Notes: generated by a model not told the origin, from the letters alone. A DNA stretch of 64,000 bases from an uncultured Solirubrobacterales bacterium (GCA_963719355.1 CAVRBZ010000008.1:408710-472709), one strand, 5' to 3'; positions 46,804 through 58,973 are shown, numbered from the stretch's first letter. Numbers and translations are program-made.

Positions 46804-47580
46804 ATGTCCGTAATGCCAGTCTTCGAGCGGTCAGATGGCCGATTTGTCGCGACCGAGTTCGGCCGCGGACCGTGGGATCCGCGGGCGCTGCACGGCGGCG
46901 CGCCGGCCGCCTTGCTGATACGGGCGTTCGAGCGCCTACCGGGCCCCGACGGCCTCGCCCTGGCGCGGGTGACGTACGAGTTCCTTCGCCCGGTACCGGT
47001 CGGGCCGCTCGAGGTGCGCGCCGACGTCGTGCGCCCTGGCCGCCGGGTGCAGCTGCTCGAGGCCTCGGTTCTCGCCGCCGGCGTCGAGGTGGTGCGAGCG
47101 CGAGCGCTCCGCGTTCAGACGGCCGCCGCCGGCGCCGGCGGCGAGGAAGTGTCGCCGCCTCCGGGCCCGGAGCAGGGCCGACCGGCGGAGATTCGTGTGC
47201 CGCACCGCCCGATGTTCGCCCTCGACGCCGTCGAGGTCGTGTTCGTGGCCGGCCATTGGGGCGGCGGTCCATCGACGGCTTGGTTCCGGCTCCGCCGCCC
47301 GATCGTGGCCGGCGAGACGCCGACGGCGCTCCAGCGGCTGGCCGCCGCCGGCGACTTCGGCAACGGCATCAGCGCGACCCTGTCCTGGTACGAATACCTG
47401 TACATCAACCCCGACCTGACCCTCTACGTCGAGCGCGAGCCGGTCGGCGAATGGATCTGCCTCGAAGCGGAGACGCGAATCTCCCCCGACGGGATCGGCC
47501 TGGCCGAGAGCGTCTTGTACGACCACCGCGGGCGCGTCGGACGCGCCACCCAAGCGCTCCTTGTGGCGCCACGCCCATGA
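46804..47580 (+). CDS. Thioesterase family protein (TesB-like double hot-dog)
   Basis: GPWD..LHGG, FLRPVP, DFGNG and INPDL. Confidence 0.85.
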   Translation: MSVMPVFERSDGRFVATEFGRGPWDPRALHGGAPAALLIRAFERLPGPDGLALARVTYEFLRPVPVGPLEVRADVVRPGRRVQLLEASVLAAGVEVVRARALRVQTAAAGAGGEEVSPPPGPEQGRPAEIRVPHRPMFALDAVEVVFVAGHWGGGPSTAWFRLRRPIVAGETPTALQRLAAAGDFGNGISATLSWYEYLYINPDLTLYVEREPVGEWICLEAETRISPDGIGLAESVLYDHRGRVGRATQALLVAPRP

Positions 47581-47629
47581 CGTGGCTGAGGTTTCCGCGA
47601 GTTGTTCGCGGTTTCCTCAAACGCACCCG

Positions 47630-49729
47630 TCATTCGTGGTGACCGCCGACTCCCTGCGCGGTGTCGCGGATCACGCCGGAATCGCCGTCCCCGCCGTCCT
47701 CGGGATCCGCGCGCTCGCCAGCCTGCTCCTGCTCGGCGCGCCCACCTCCGGCCTTCGCCTCGCCGGCACCATCCGCCGGTTCCTGCTCGCGCAGGTACGC
47801 GAGGAGGCCGCCGGCAAGCAGGATCTCGCGCTCGTGCTCAGAGAAGTCGTGGCTCAGGGTGAGCTCATCGCCGGTGTCCTCGATCCTGGCTGTGATCGTG
47901 TCCGAGCCGTTCTCGAGCTCTTCGCGGAGCTTGGGCAGCGACCACTTCTGTCCCACCTCGGCCCTGTCGTAGTCGGACTCGTCGGAGAAGGTCAGGGCAA
48001 CGATGCCCTGGGCGATCAGGTTGCGGCGGTGGATGCGGGCGAACGACTTGGCGATCACCGCCTTGACCCCGAGGTGCAGGGGCGCGAGCGCGGCGTGCTC
48101 GCGTGATGAACCCTGGCCGTAGTTGTCGCCGGCCACGATGAACCCGCTCCCCCACTCCTTCAGCCGCTTGCGAAACTCCGGATCGCGGTGGCGCAACGTG
48201 AACTCGGCGAGCGCCGGGACGTTCGAGCGGTACGCCATCACCTCGACACCGTCGGGCGCCAGGTCCCCGGTCGAGATGTCGTCGGTCTGGACGGTGGCCA
48301 CGCACGCCTCGAGCGAGGCGCCCAGCGGCTGATGCTCGGGCGGGCGCTTGATGTTCGGTCCCCGCGGAATCTCGATCCTCTCGGCCTCGTCGGGCTCGGC
48401 CGGCGCGAAGATGTGGACGTCGTCGACGTAGGGCCGAAGCTCGGGCATCGGCAGCAGCTCGGGCGGCTCGCCGTACTCGCGCGGGTCCTCGATCTTCCCC
48501 GTCAGCAGCGAGACCGCGGCCACCGCGGGCGAGCACAGGAACACCGAGTCCTCAGGCGTGCCCGAGCGGCCAGGGAAGTTGCGATTGAACGTTCGCAGCG
48601 AGTTCGAGTCAGACGGCGGCGCCTGCCCCATGCCCACGCACGGGCCGCATACCGGCTCGAGCATCCGTACCCCGCCGTCCGAGAGCTGGCGGTAGACGCC
48701 CGATTCGGCGATCGCGGCGAGGATCTGACGCGACCCCGGCGTGGCCGTGGCGGCGATCGACGGGTGGACGATCTGGCCGTCGCGATCGGCCAGGATCGCA
48801 CCCGGGAGCGCCAGGTCGTTGTAGCCCGAGTTGACCGAGGAGCCGATGCACACCTGGGCGATCTCGGTACCCGCGACCTCCTCGACCGGCACCACATTGT
48901 CGGGGTTGTGCGGCTTGGCCACGAGTGGCCCCAGCTCGTCCAGGTCGATCTCGACCCGGTCGTCGTACTCGGCGCCGTCCTCGGGTCCCACCTCGACGAA
49001 GTCCTCCGCCCGGCCCTGGCGCTCGAGCCAGTCGCGCGTGTTGTCGTCCGGCGGGAACACGCCGGCCGTGCCGCCCAGGTCGGCGATCATGTTGGCGATC
49101 GTGGCTCGCTCGGGGATGCTCAGGTCCGCCGTCCCCGGCCCGGTGAACTCGAACACCTTGTTCTTGCCGCCGCTCGCACTGAGCCGCCTGAGCAGCTCGA
49201 GGATGATGTCCTTGGCCTGGACCCAGGGGCGGGCGAGCTTGCCATCAAGCCACACCTCGATCACCTCCGGGCACGAGATCTCGTACGGGTGGCCCCCAAG
49301 CACCACCGCCACGTCGAGGCCGCCGGCGCCGATCGCCACCATCCCCAGGCAGCCGGCCTGTGTCGTGTGCGAGTCGGCGCCGAGCATCGTCTGGCCTGGT
49401 TTGCCGAAGCGCTCCATGTGGATGTAGTGGCTGATCCCGTTGCCCGGGCGCGAGAAGTGCAGCCCGTACTTGCGCGCCAGCGCCTGGAGCATGCGATGAT
49501 CGTCGGGGTTCTTGTAGTCGAGCTGGACCACGTTGTGATCGACGTACTGCACGGCTCGCTCGACCTTGATCCGCGGCTCGCCCAGCTCCTCGAACTGCAT
49601 CAGCGCCATCGTTCCCGTGGCGTCCTGGAGCAGGGCCTGATCCATGCGGATCGAGATCGGCTGGCCAGGCCCCAGCTCTCCGTCGGCGAGGTGCTCCTTC
49701 AGGATCTGACGGGTAAGGCTTGCGGGCAT
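47630..49729 (-). CDS. Aconitate hydratase (putative, aconitase family)
   Basis: QDATGTMA, DHN, GADSHT, IGSSVN, CGPCVGMG, NRNFPGR and NYGQGSSREHA. Confidence 0.9.
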   Translation of the reverse strand: MPASLTRQILKEHLADGELGPGQPISIRMDQALLQDATGTMALMQFEELGEPRIKVERAVQYVDHNVVQLDYKNPDDHRMLQALARKYGLHFSRPGNGISHYIHMERFGKPGQTMLGADSHTTQAGCLGMVAIGAGGLDVAVVLGGHPYEISCPEVIEVWLDGKLARPWVQAKDIILELLRRLSASGGKNKVFEFTGPGTADLSIPERATIANMIADLGGTAGVFPPDDNTRDWLERQGRAEDFVEVGPEDGAEYDDRVEIDLDELGPLVAKPHNPDNVVPVEEVAGTEIAQVCIGSSVNSGYNDLALPGAILADRDGQIVHPSIAATATPGSRQILAAIAESGVYRQLSDGGVRMLEPVCGPCVGMGQAPPSDSNSLRTFNRNFPGRSGTPEDSVFLCSPAVAAVSLLTGKIEDPREYGEPPELLPMPELRPYVDDVHIFAPAEPDEAERIEIPRGPNIKRPPEHQPLGASLEACVATVQTDDISTGDLAPDGVEVMAYRSNVPALAEFTLRHRDPEFRKRLKEWGSGFIVAGDNYGQGSSREHAALAPLHLGVKAVIAKSFARIHRRNLIAQGIVALTFSDESDYDRAEVGQKWSLPKLREELENGSDTITARIEDTGDELTLSHDFSEHEREILLAGGLLAYLREQEPADGAGEAKAGGGRAEQEQAGERADPEDGGDGDSGVIRDTAQGVGGHHE

Positions 49730-49757
49730 GGTGGGGTCTCCTGGGGCGTTTCCGGCT

Positions 49758-50138
49758 TCACAACAGGAAGCTACCCCTCGCCTGCGCCACCATGCGCTGA
49801 TCGGCCGTGGCCGTTGCCGCGGCGTACGCGCGCGGACCGTCGCGCCGCTCCACTCGCGCCTGGACCTCGAGGAACGCGCCCACTGAGGCCGTCTCGCCGA
49901 TCGTGACTTCGTACGAGACGATCTGCGCCTCGGGTCCGCAGGCCAGCGCCATCGCCTCGGCCAGTGCCGCGCCGACCACTCCGGGGTGCGCGCCCCCCCG
50001 ATCCGGTCCCTGGTGGTCCTGCTTGAGAAAGCAGCGCCCGGCCACCTCACGCGGACCCGTCTGCTCGACCTCGAGCAGCAGTCCGAACAGGTTCGTCCGT
50101 CCGCACCCGAAGCACAGCTCATGGTGCACCAACGGCAC
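49758..50138 (-). CDS. PaaI-like hot-dog fold thioesterase
   Basis: CFGCG..N..GL and HQGP..AHPG..LAEAM. Confidence 0.78.
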   Translation of the reverse strand: MPLVHHELCFGCGRTNLFGLLLEVEQTGPREVAGRCFLKQDHQGPDRGGAHPGVVGAALAEAMALACGPEAQIVSYEVTIGETASVGAFLEVQARVERRDGPRAYAAATATADQRMVAQARGSFLL

Positions 50139-50149
50139 GACCGCGTCCG

Positions 50150-51022
50150 CTACTTCAGGCGAAAGGCCTTGATCCGGACGTCGTACTGCTGTGCGTCCCG
50201 CGAATACACGCCGTAGGCAAGCGCCTGGATGAGCGCCAGGAGCGCCGTGTGGGAACGCACGAAGGCCGGCGTGTTGGACGAGTAATACAGGCGGATCCGG
50301 GCCAGCCGGGCCACCTCCGACAGCGTCGCGTCGGTGATCGCGAGCGTCGGTGCCTTGCGGTGCCGCGCGAGCTTCATGGTGCGGGTGATCAGCGGATGGG
50401 GGCGCCCCGCCGAGAGCCCGATCACGAGCGTCTGATCGTCGATCCGGCTCAGACGCCCAAGCGCCTCCTGCGAGGGGCTGGCCACGATCTCGGCGCGCAG
50501 GTCGAGCAACATCAGCAGGTGGCGCAGATAGCTGGCGAAGAAGGCCATCTGGTCCGTGCCGGCGATCAGCACCTTGTTGGCGGACACGATCGCGTCGATC
50601 GCCGCCTCGACCTCGCCGCGCGAAAGCTTGTGCGCCGTGTCCTCAACGTTCACGTGATCGGCGGCCAGCGCCGCCTCGAACTCCGTGTGGTCGAGCGAGA
50701 ACAGCGGCGCCACCGCGCTCGGGGTGGAGGCCACACCCGACGGTCGGCGCCGGTACTCGTCGCGGGCGGCCTGCTGGAGCTCGGGAAAGCCCTCAAAGCC
50801 GAGCGCCTGCGAGAAGCGCACGACCGTGCTCGACGACGTGCTGGCGCGCCGAGCGAGCTCCTCGGCCGTCTGGAACGCCGCTTCGTCGAGGTGATCGACG
50901 ATGTACTGCGCGACGTCCTTCTGCGAGCGAGAGAACTCGTCGAACCGCGCGCGAATGTACGCGGACAGGGCCTGATGGCCCGTGAGCGGAGCTGTCGCGG
51001 TGGGGGCAGACGGTTCCTTCAT
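50150..51022 (-). CDS. MurR/RpiR family transcriptional regulator
   Basis: SRSQKDVAQYI..ELARRASTSSSTVVRF..LGFEGF HTH plus SIS domain. Start could be further upstream. Confidence 0.88.
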   Translation of the reverse strand: MKEPSAPTATAPLTGHQALSAYIRARFDEFSRSQKDVAQYIVDHLDEAAFQTAEELARRASTSSSTVVRFSQALGFEGFPELQQAARDEYRRRPSGVASTPSAVAPLFSLDHTEFEAALAADHVNVEDTAHKLSRGEVEAAIDAIVSANKVLIAGTDQMAFFASYLRHLLMLLDLRAEIVASPSQEALGRLSRIDDQTLVIGLSAGRPHPLITRTMKLARHRKAPTLAITDATLSEVARLARIRLYYSSNTPAFVRSHTALLALIQALAYGVYSRDAQQYDVRIKAFRLK

Positions 51023-51097
51023 CGGCAGCCGTCTCATTCGACGCCATGCGGCGGCGTCCTTCACAATGCTCGAGAACGCCATGCGGCAGACGCCGCG

Positions 51098-51274
51098 CTA
51101 AACGTCGCGCTGACCGCGTTCCTGGTTCTGCCTGCGCTCGCCCAGCACCTGGGCGACGGCGTAGATGATGATCACGTTGGCGATCACGCCGATGCCCAGG
51201 AACGTGAGCAACAGGGCGATCGTCTGCCCGGTCGAACTGGGGTGCTGGCCGAGGATGCCGGCGACTGTGAACAT
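51098..51274 (-). CDS. Small single-TM protein (58 aa), not in the ORF track
   Basis: ATG at 51274 with AGGA upstream gives MFTVAGILGQHPSSTGQTIALLLTFLGIGVIANVIIIYAVAQVLGERRQNQERGQRDV. High GC3 codon usage. Confidence 0.6.
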   Translation of the reverse strand: MFTVAGILGQHPSSTGQTIALLLTFLGIGVIANVIIIYAVAQVLGERRQNQERGQRDV

Positions 51275-51373
51275 CGCGTCCTGGAGCCTACCGAACCGCT
51301 CCGCGGACGGGCCCCGCCGGGACCGTCATGGGTGCTAGCGTCGCGCCCGACCGCGCGTCTCGCGGCCGGTCCC

Positions 51374-51446
51374 GGCCCTGTAGCTCAGTCGGTAGAGCAG
51401 CGGACTCATAATCCGTCGCGCCCAGGTTCGAGTCCTGGCAGGGCCA
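51374..51446 (+). tRNA. tRNA with CAU anticodon, most likely tRNA-Ile2 (lysidine-modified)
   Basis: GGCCCTG/CAGGGCC acceptor stem, AGCTCAG..GGTAGAGC D-arm, CT-CAT-AA loop and GGTTCGAGTCC T-arm. Resembles ileX-type tRNAs. CCA not encoded. Confidence 0.9.
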
Positions 51447-51513
51447 TGCGATCTGCCTGGGAATCGGGGTGGACCACGATCCGGGCGCCCGGGTCAGCGC
51501 GTAAGCGGCCCGG

Positions 51514-53108
<1,595 letters not shown>

Positions 53109-53112
<4 letters not shown>

Positions 53113-54344
53113 CCGATCATCCTCTCGCTCGCGGTGGTTGATGCTTCCCCCGCCCGGCGGCTCATAACCCGGCGGACGGCCTCCGCCTCTACGACGCACA
53201 AGGCGACCACGAGCGCGGCGACGGCGGCCGCGACCGCCCAGGCGGCGATCGCGCCGGTGATCGCGTAGAGCGCCAGCAGCGCGACGGCCACGCCCACCTT
53301 CTCATACTCGAGGCGGCCGATCATGCGCAGCGCGAAGGCCGCGCTCCCGAGCAGGTAGAGCGCGACGCCGCCGCACAGCGCAAGCCGAGCCGGACCGGTC
53401 AGGGGAGCGGAGACCGAGTCGCGGGTGAGCACCTTTATCCCGACCGCGAACGTGATGATGCCGGCGACGATCACCAGGTGCAGGTAGCTGTAGGCGTCGG
53501 CGGCGGCCAGCACCGGGTCGTCGTGGTCGCGCAGCCGCTCGGCTGCCGTCTGGGCGAATCCCTCGAAGTAGGTCCACCACATGGCGACGGTGATCAGCAG
53601 GCCGAGCGCCACCGCGACGACCAGCTCGCCGCTCAGGGACCGTTCGGCGCTCGGGCCGAGCGCCCCGACGCCGATGGCCACGATCGACTCGCCCAGGCAG
53701 ATGATCACGAACAGGCTGTAGCGCTCGGCGAAGTGCGCCACCGCGACCCGCTGCAGGCCGCGCAGGCGCTCGCGGGTCAGCCAGGCCGGGCCCGCGTAGT
53801 CGATCGCCGCGGCCAGCACCCAGAGGATGATCCGGAGCGCTCCGTCGGCGAACGAGCCCGCGATCAGCAGCGCCATCCCGAGCGTGACCGTGAGGGCGAA
53901 GCCGGCGATCGCCGACCACGCCGCGTTGCCCTTTCGCGACGCGTCGGCATACAGGCCCAAGTGCAGGAAGCGGACGATCGCGTAGGACACCGCGAACAGC
54001 GTGGCCTCGCTGCCGAAGACGTGGGGCACGGACAGGCCGGCGACGAAGATCGAGATCGACGAGAGGAGCAGGCAACCCCGCAGGGTCGGCGAGCCCGGAT
54101 CCTGCGCGTTGGCTGCCCACACGTAGGCCGACCACGCCCACCACACGAGCGCGAGCACGAGCATCGCGCGTCCGAAACCGGCCCAGGTCAGATCGCGCCA
54201 GAGCAACGTGGTCACCTGGGTGATCGCGAACACGAACACCAGATCCCACAGAAGCTCGACGGGCGCCGTTCGCCGTTCGTCGGGGCTCTCGTCGGGGCTC
54301 TCGTCGGGGCTCTCGTCGGGGCTCTCGATCGGCCGTTCGCTCAC
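53109..54344 (-). CDS. ltrA: Low temperature requirement protein A family membrane protein
   Basis: [32 protein letters not shown] and WWTYF. Confidence 0.88.
54277..54327. repeat. 12-bp tandem repeat x4 at the ltrA 5' end
   Basis: TCGTCGGGGCTC x4, encoding ESPD. Confidence 0.9.
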
Positions 54345-54391
54345 CCGCTGAGTATCGCGGGCTGTGGCGTTCGCATAGGGTTCAGGCTTCC

Positions 54392-55426
54392 GTGAAGCTC
54401 GGCCTGAACATTGGCTACCTGATCCCCGGCATGTCGACGGCCGAACACCTGGAGGTCGTCCAGGAGGCCGAGCGGCTGGGCTATGACTCGGTGTGGGCGG
54501 CCGAGGCGTACGGCTCGGACACCGCCACGGTGCTGGCCTGGCTGGCCGGGAACACGAGCAAGATCAGGCTCGGGTCGGCGATCTTCCAGATCCCGGCGCG
54601 CTCGCCGGCCATGACCGCGATGACCGCCGCCACGCTCGACCTGCTCTCGGGCGGGCGCGTGCTGCTCGGGCTCGGGACGTCGGGCCCCCAGGTGGCCGAG
54701 GGCTGGCACGGTCAGCGTTTCGCCCGCCAGTTGCAGCGCACCCGCGAGTACGTCGCGGTGCTCCGAATGGCGCTGGCGCGGGAAAAGGTCGAATTCCATG
54801 GTGAGACGATCGAGCTGCCGCTTCCCGACGGTCCGGGCAAGCCGCTCAGGCTGATGATCTCCCCGGTCCAGGAGCGGATCCCCATCTACCTGGCGGCGAT
54901 CGGGCCCAAGAACACCGCGCTGGCCGGCGAGATCGCCGACGGCTGGCTGCCCATCTTCTTCTCCCCCGAGCACGTGTCCGAGGTGCGGGCGCTGCTCGAG
55001 GAGGGGGCCGGCCGCGCCGGGCGCTCGCTCGAAGACTTCGACATTGCGCCGACCGTCAACACGTATATCTCCGACGATCGGCAGGCCGCACGCGATCGCA
55101 TGCGCCCCGTGCTCGCCCTATACGTCGGCGGGATGGGCTCGCGTAAGCAGAACTTCTATAACGCGCTGGTCCAGCGGTACGGGTTCGAAGACGCCGCGCG
55201 GCAGGTCCAGGATCTGTATCTGGACGGCAAGAAGGAGGAGGCGGCGGCCGCGCTCCCGAACGAGTTGATCGACCTGATCACCCTGTCCGGACCGAAGGAC
55301 CATGTGCGCGAGCGCGTGGCCGCTTTCCGCGAGGCCGGGGTGGGGACGTTGACGATCGGCCCGATGGCGTTCACCAAGGAGGAGCGGGTGGAGCAGCTGC
55401 GGGCGGTGGCCGAGCTGGCGGCTTGA
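54392..55426 (+). CDS. F420-dependent LLM-class oxidoreductase (Rv3520c-like)
   Basis: AEAYGSD, GLGTSGPQVAEGWHG and ALYVGGMG..NFY. Confidence 0.88.
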   Translation: MKLGLNIGYLIPGMSTAEHLEVVQEAERLGYDSVWAAEAYGSDTATVLAWLAGNTSKIRLGSAIFQIPARSPAMTAMTAATLDLLSGGRVLLGLGTSGPQVAEGWHGQRFARQLQRTREYVAVLRMALAREKVEFHGETIELPLPDGPGKPLRLMISPVQERIPIYLAAIGPKNTALAGEIADGWLPIFFSPEHVSEVRALLEEGAGRAGRSLEDFDIAPTVNTYISDDRQAARDRMRPVLALYVGGMGSRKQNFYNALVQRYGFEDAARQVQDLYLDGKKEEAAAALPNELIDLITLSGPKDHVRERVAAFREAGVGTLTIGPMAFTKEERVEQLRAVAELAA

Positions 55427-56763
55427 CTGCCTCGACTCGTCGGCTGCGCTTCTTCCTGGGCGCGTTCGGGGAGCCCGGCCACGCATTCCCGATGCTGGCG
55501 CTGGGAGCACGGCTGGCCGGGCGCGGCCACGAGGTGACCTTCGAGACATGGTCCCGGTGGCGTCCGCATGTGGTGCAGGCGGGGATGCGCTTCGTCCCGG
55601 CCCCGGAGTACCCGCTGTTCCCGGGCCCCGAGGATCCGTTCGAGATGTACCAGGCGGTCGCGCTCGCCACCGAACAGACCCGCGCGGCGGTCGGCGAGTT
55701 TCGGCCGGACGCGGTCGTCCACGACATCCTCACGCTCGCCCCGGCGATGGCGGGTGAGCTCGAGCGCCTGCCCGTCGCGACGCTGGTCCCGCACGTATTT
55801 CCGATGGGCGCGCCGGGCTTTCCGGTGTATGCGCTCGGGGCGCGGCTGCCCCGCACTCGGGTGGGCCGCGCGCTGTGGAGCGCGCTGGCGCGGATGACGG
55901 AGGGCGGGTTGCGCCAGGGGCGGGCCCAGCTCAACGAGACCCGGATGAAGCTCGGGCTGGCGCCCGTCGAGCGATTGCACGGCGGACTGAGCCGGGAGCT
56001 TTGCCTGGTCGGAACGTTCCCCCAGCTCGAGTACTCGCGGCGCTGGCCGGTCGGCGTGCAGGTGGTCGGGCCGCTGATGTGGGAGCCGCCGTTCGGCCCG
56101 GTCGAGCCGCCAGCCGGCGAGGGGCCGCTGGTCCTGGTGGCGCCGTCGACCGCCCAGGACCCCGAGCATCGGCTGCTCCGGGCGGCGCTCGACGGCCTGG
56201 GCAGCGAGCCGATCCGCGTGCTGGCCACGTTCAACCGACGGCCGATGGCGGGGCCGGTCGAGGTGCCGGCGAACACGCGGCTCGTGGAATGGGTCTCCTA
56301 CTCCAAGGCGATGCCGGAGTGCGCTGCGGTGATATGTCACGCCGGCCACGGGACGATGGCGCGTGCGCTGGCCTGCGGCTGTCCGGTCGTCGCGGTGCCG
56401 CATTGCGGTGACATGGCGGAGAACGCCGCTCGCGCGGACTGGTCGGGCGCCGGGGTGAGGCTGCCGTGGCGCGCCTTGCGGCCGAGCACGCTGCGCTTGG
56501 CGGTGCGCCGGGCCCTCGCCGAGGATTCATTGGGGGCCCGGGCTCGCGAGCTGGCGGCATGGGCTAAGGCCAACGACGGCGCCTCAGGCGCGGCGGACCT
56601 GGTCGAGGAGCTCGCGCGTCAATCCTCGCGTCGCTCGCGGACGAACTCGATCAGCTCCGGGGAGTCGCTCTCGGCGACATCCATCGGCTCTCCCGTGCAG
56701 CTGCAGAGTTCGACCACGGCCCGCCGGTCGGTCACCTCGAGCGCACGCCAGATCGCGCCGTGA
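55423..56763 (+). CDS. Family 1 (MGT/UDP) glycosyltransferase
   Basis: GHAFP..RGHEV and WVSY..ICHAGHGT..ALACGCP..VP. The tail overlaps the convergent small gene. Confidence 0.85.
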   Translation: MTASTRRLRFFLGAFGEPGHAFPMLALGARLAGRGHEVTFETWSRWRPHVVQAGMRFVPAPEYPLFPGPEDPFEMYQAVALATEQTRAAVGEFRPDAVVHDILTLAPAMAGELERLPVATLVPHVFPMGAPGFPVYALGARLPRTRVGRALWSALARMTEGGLRQGRAQLNETRMKLGLAPVERLHGGLSRELCLVGTFPQLEYSRRWPVGVQVVGPLMWEPPFGPVEPPAGEGPLVLVAPSTAQDPEHRLLRAALDGLGSEPIRVLATFNRRPMAGPVEVPANTRLVEWVSYSKAMPECAAVICHAGHGTMARALACGCPVVAVPHCGDMAENAARADWSGAGVRLPWRALRPSTLRLAVRRALAEDSLGARARELAAWAKANDGASGAADLVEELARQSSRRSRTNSISSGESLSATSIGSPVQLQSSTTARRSVTSSARQIAP

Positions 56764-56807
56764 AGCTCCCAGTCCTCGAGCTCGGCGATCGTCAGTCCAG
56801 ATCGCAT
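56619..56807 (-). CDS. Small hypothetical protein (62 aa) downstream of tRNA-Asn
   Basis: MRSGLTIAELEDWELHGAIWRALEV..VELCSCTGEPMD..SDSPELIEFV. Protein-like composition. Confidence 0.55.
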   Translation of the reverse strand: MRSGLTIAELEDWELHGAIWRALEVTDRRAVVELCSCTGEPMDVAESDSPELIEFVRERRED

Positions 56808-56812
56808 CGCAG

Positions 56813-56885
56813 CTCCGGGGGTGGGACTCGAACCCACAACATTTCGGTTAACAGCCGAACGCTCTGCCGGTTGAGCTACCCCGGA
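56813..56885 (-). tRNA. tRNA-Asn(GTT)
   Basis: Minus strand TCCGGGGTAGCTCAACCGGCAGAGCGTTCGGCT-GTT-AACCGAA..GGTTCGAGTCCCACCCCCGGAG. Confidence 0.95.
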
Positions 56886-57136
56886 TCTGTCCCGGATGGG
56901 GAGCGCGAACTCTAGCGAGAACCACGATGCCCGCACCGGCCTCGCCTAACCCGATCGCCAACGGGCCTCGCCTAACCGATCCCCAACCCGATCTTCGCTC
57001 AGGGCAACGATCGGCCAAGCGCCGGCAATCTATAGGGCGATGGCTTCACGCCGCCATGATGCACGGCGCCGTGCGGGCGCATAGCATCGCCCCGGGTGGC
57101 TGATCGACTCGCGACTCGTGGCATGAGGCTCTAGGC

Positions 57137-58936
57137 GTGACCGGCCGGCGGTGCAACCGGGTGGCTCGCGCCGGCTCGTACCTGCGCGTTCTGCTCGCGC
57201 TGCTGCTCGCAGCGGCCGTGCTGCTGTCGGCGTGCGGTGGGAGCTCCGAGACCCCCGGCAAGGGGGGCTCGAGGACGAGCCAGAGCACAACCACCGAACA
57301 AGGCTCGACCACCACCTCGAGCGCCACCAGCACCACGACGATCACCCCGACGCCGGGGTTCGCGGGCATCCACAAGATCCGCCACGTGGTGATCATCATG
57401 CAGGAGAACCGGTCGTTCGACTCCTACTTCGGCGCCTATCCGGGCGCTGACGGGATTCCCGGGCTGGCGGGCCATCCGGGGACGGTGCCGTGCGTCCCTG
57501 ACCCCGGCAGCCGCGGCTGCGTGCGTCCTTTCCACGACCGCCAGGACCGCAGCCTCGGCGGGCCTCACAGCTTCGCCGCCGCGCAAGCAGACATCAACGG
57601 CGGACAGATGAACGGGTTCGTGGCCGAGCAGGAGAGGGGGATGACCGGCTGTGCGCAGACGTTCAACCCGGCCTGCGGGAACGCCGGCGGCACGCCCGAC
57701 GTGATGGGCTACCACGACGACTCGGACATCCCCAATTACTGGTCCTACGCCCGCGACTTCGTCCTGCAGGACCACATGTTCCAGTCCGACGCGTCCTGGA
57801 GCCTGCCCTCACACCTGTACCTGGTGTCTGAGTGGTCGGCCTACTGCTCGCTCAAAAACGATCCCGAGAGCTGCCGGAGCGCGCCGGAGAACCCGGGCTA
57901 CCCGCCCGACTTCGCGCGCCGGCTCGGGAACCCCCTGCCCACTGCCCCGAACTACGCCTGGACTGACCTCACCTATCTCCTGCACAAATTCGGCGTCAGC
58001 TGGGGCTACTACGTGTTCAAGGGAACCGAGCCCGACTGCGAGAACAACGCGGCCATCGCCTGTGCACTGCCCGGCCAGAGCGCGAAGACGCCCGGCATCT
58101 GGAATCCCCTGCCGTACTTCACTACCGTCCAGCAGGACAACCAGCTTCCGAACATCAAGTCGATCTCGAGTTTCTATGCCGACGCCAAGGCCGGCACGCT
58201 GCCCGCCGTGTCGTGGGTCACCCCCAACGGCGCCGTCTCCGAGCATCCCCCTGGTCTGATCACCACGGGGCAGAGCTACGTCACGGGGCTGATCAACGCG
58301 ATCATGCGGAGTCCCGACTGGAGCAGCACAGCGATCTTCCTGACCTGGGACGACTGGGGCGGCTTCTACGACCACGTCGCGCCTCCGCGAGTGGATGAGC
58401 AGGGCTATGGCCTGCGGGTGCCCGGCCTCCTCATCAGCCCGTACGCCCGCGCGGGCTTCATCGACCACCAGACGCTCAGCTTCGACGCCTACGTGAAGTT
58501 CATCGAGGACGACTTCCTCGGAGGCCAACGCCTAGACCCGCAGACCGACGGCCGGCCCGATCCGCGCCCCGACGTGCGCGAGAACGCCGGGCAGCTGGGT
58601 GACTTGACCAAGGACTTCGACTTCGGTCAGACGCCGATCGCGCCGCAGATCCTGCCCCTGCATCCGCCGAGTGACCTGATCACGCCGGCGCGCGCCGCCC
58701 GCGGGCGACAGGCCGCGGGCCGGACGCTGGCGCTGCCTCGCAGCGGACCGCTCCGGGCCTTCGAGCTCAGCGCCCTGGCGGGCTATCTCGGGATCTCGCA
58801 GCGCCAGCTCCGCGCCCGGCTGGCTTCCGGGCAGACGCTGCGACGGATCGCGCGGGCGCACGGCGTGTCGGTGGCGCGGCTGCGGCAGGCGGTGCTCGCT
58901 GCTGTGCGGGCGGAGATCGACCGAACGATCCGCTGA
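57137..58936 (+). CDS. Phospholipase C / phosphoesterase family lipoprotein
   Basis: LSAC lipobox, [33 protein letters not shown] and GLRVP. Confidence 0.88.
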   Translation: MTGRRCNRVARAGSYLRVLLALLLAAAVLLSACGGSSETPGKGGSRTSQSTTTEQGSTTTSSATSTTTITPTPGFAGIHKIRHVVIIMQENRSFDSYFGAYPGADGIPGLAGHPGTVPCVPDPGSRGCVRPFHDRQDRSLGGPHSFAAAQADINGGQMNGFVAEQERGMTGCAQTFNPACGNAGGTPDVMGYHDDSDIPNYWSYARDFVLQDHMFQSDASWSLPSHLYLVSEWSAYCSLKNDPESCRSAPENPGYPPDFARRLGNPLPTAPNYAWTDLTYLLHKFGVSWGYYVFKGTEPDCENNAAIACALPGQSAKTPGIWNPLPYFTTVQQDNQLPNIKSISSFYADAKAGTLPAVSWVTPNGAVSEHPPGLITTGQSYVTGLINAIMRSPDWSSTAIFLTWDDWGGFYDHVAPPRVDEQGYGLRVPGLLISPYARAGFIDHQTLSFDAYVKFIEDDFLGGQRLDPQTDGRPDPRPDVRENAGQLGDLTKDFDFGQTPIAPQILPLHPPSDLITPARAARGRQAAGRTLALPRSGPLRAFELSALAGYLGISQRQLRARLASGQTLRRIARAHGVSVARLRQAVLAAVRAEIDRTIR

Positions 58937-58973
58937 CGGGGCCGCCCCCGCCTCGGCCGGCCTCGTTCGGGCA

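Noticed and set aside
51374-51446. Calling the CAU tRNA an initiator tRNA-fMet
   Set aside because: It has a paired G1-C72 and lacks the three consecutive G-C pairs in the anticodon stem. Elongator Met is not fully excluded.
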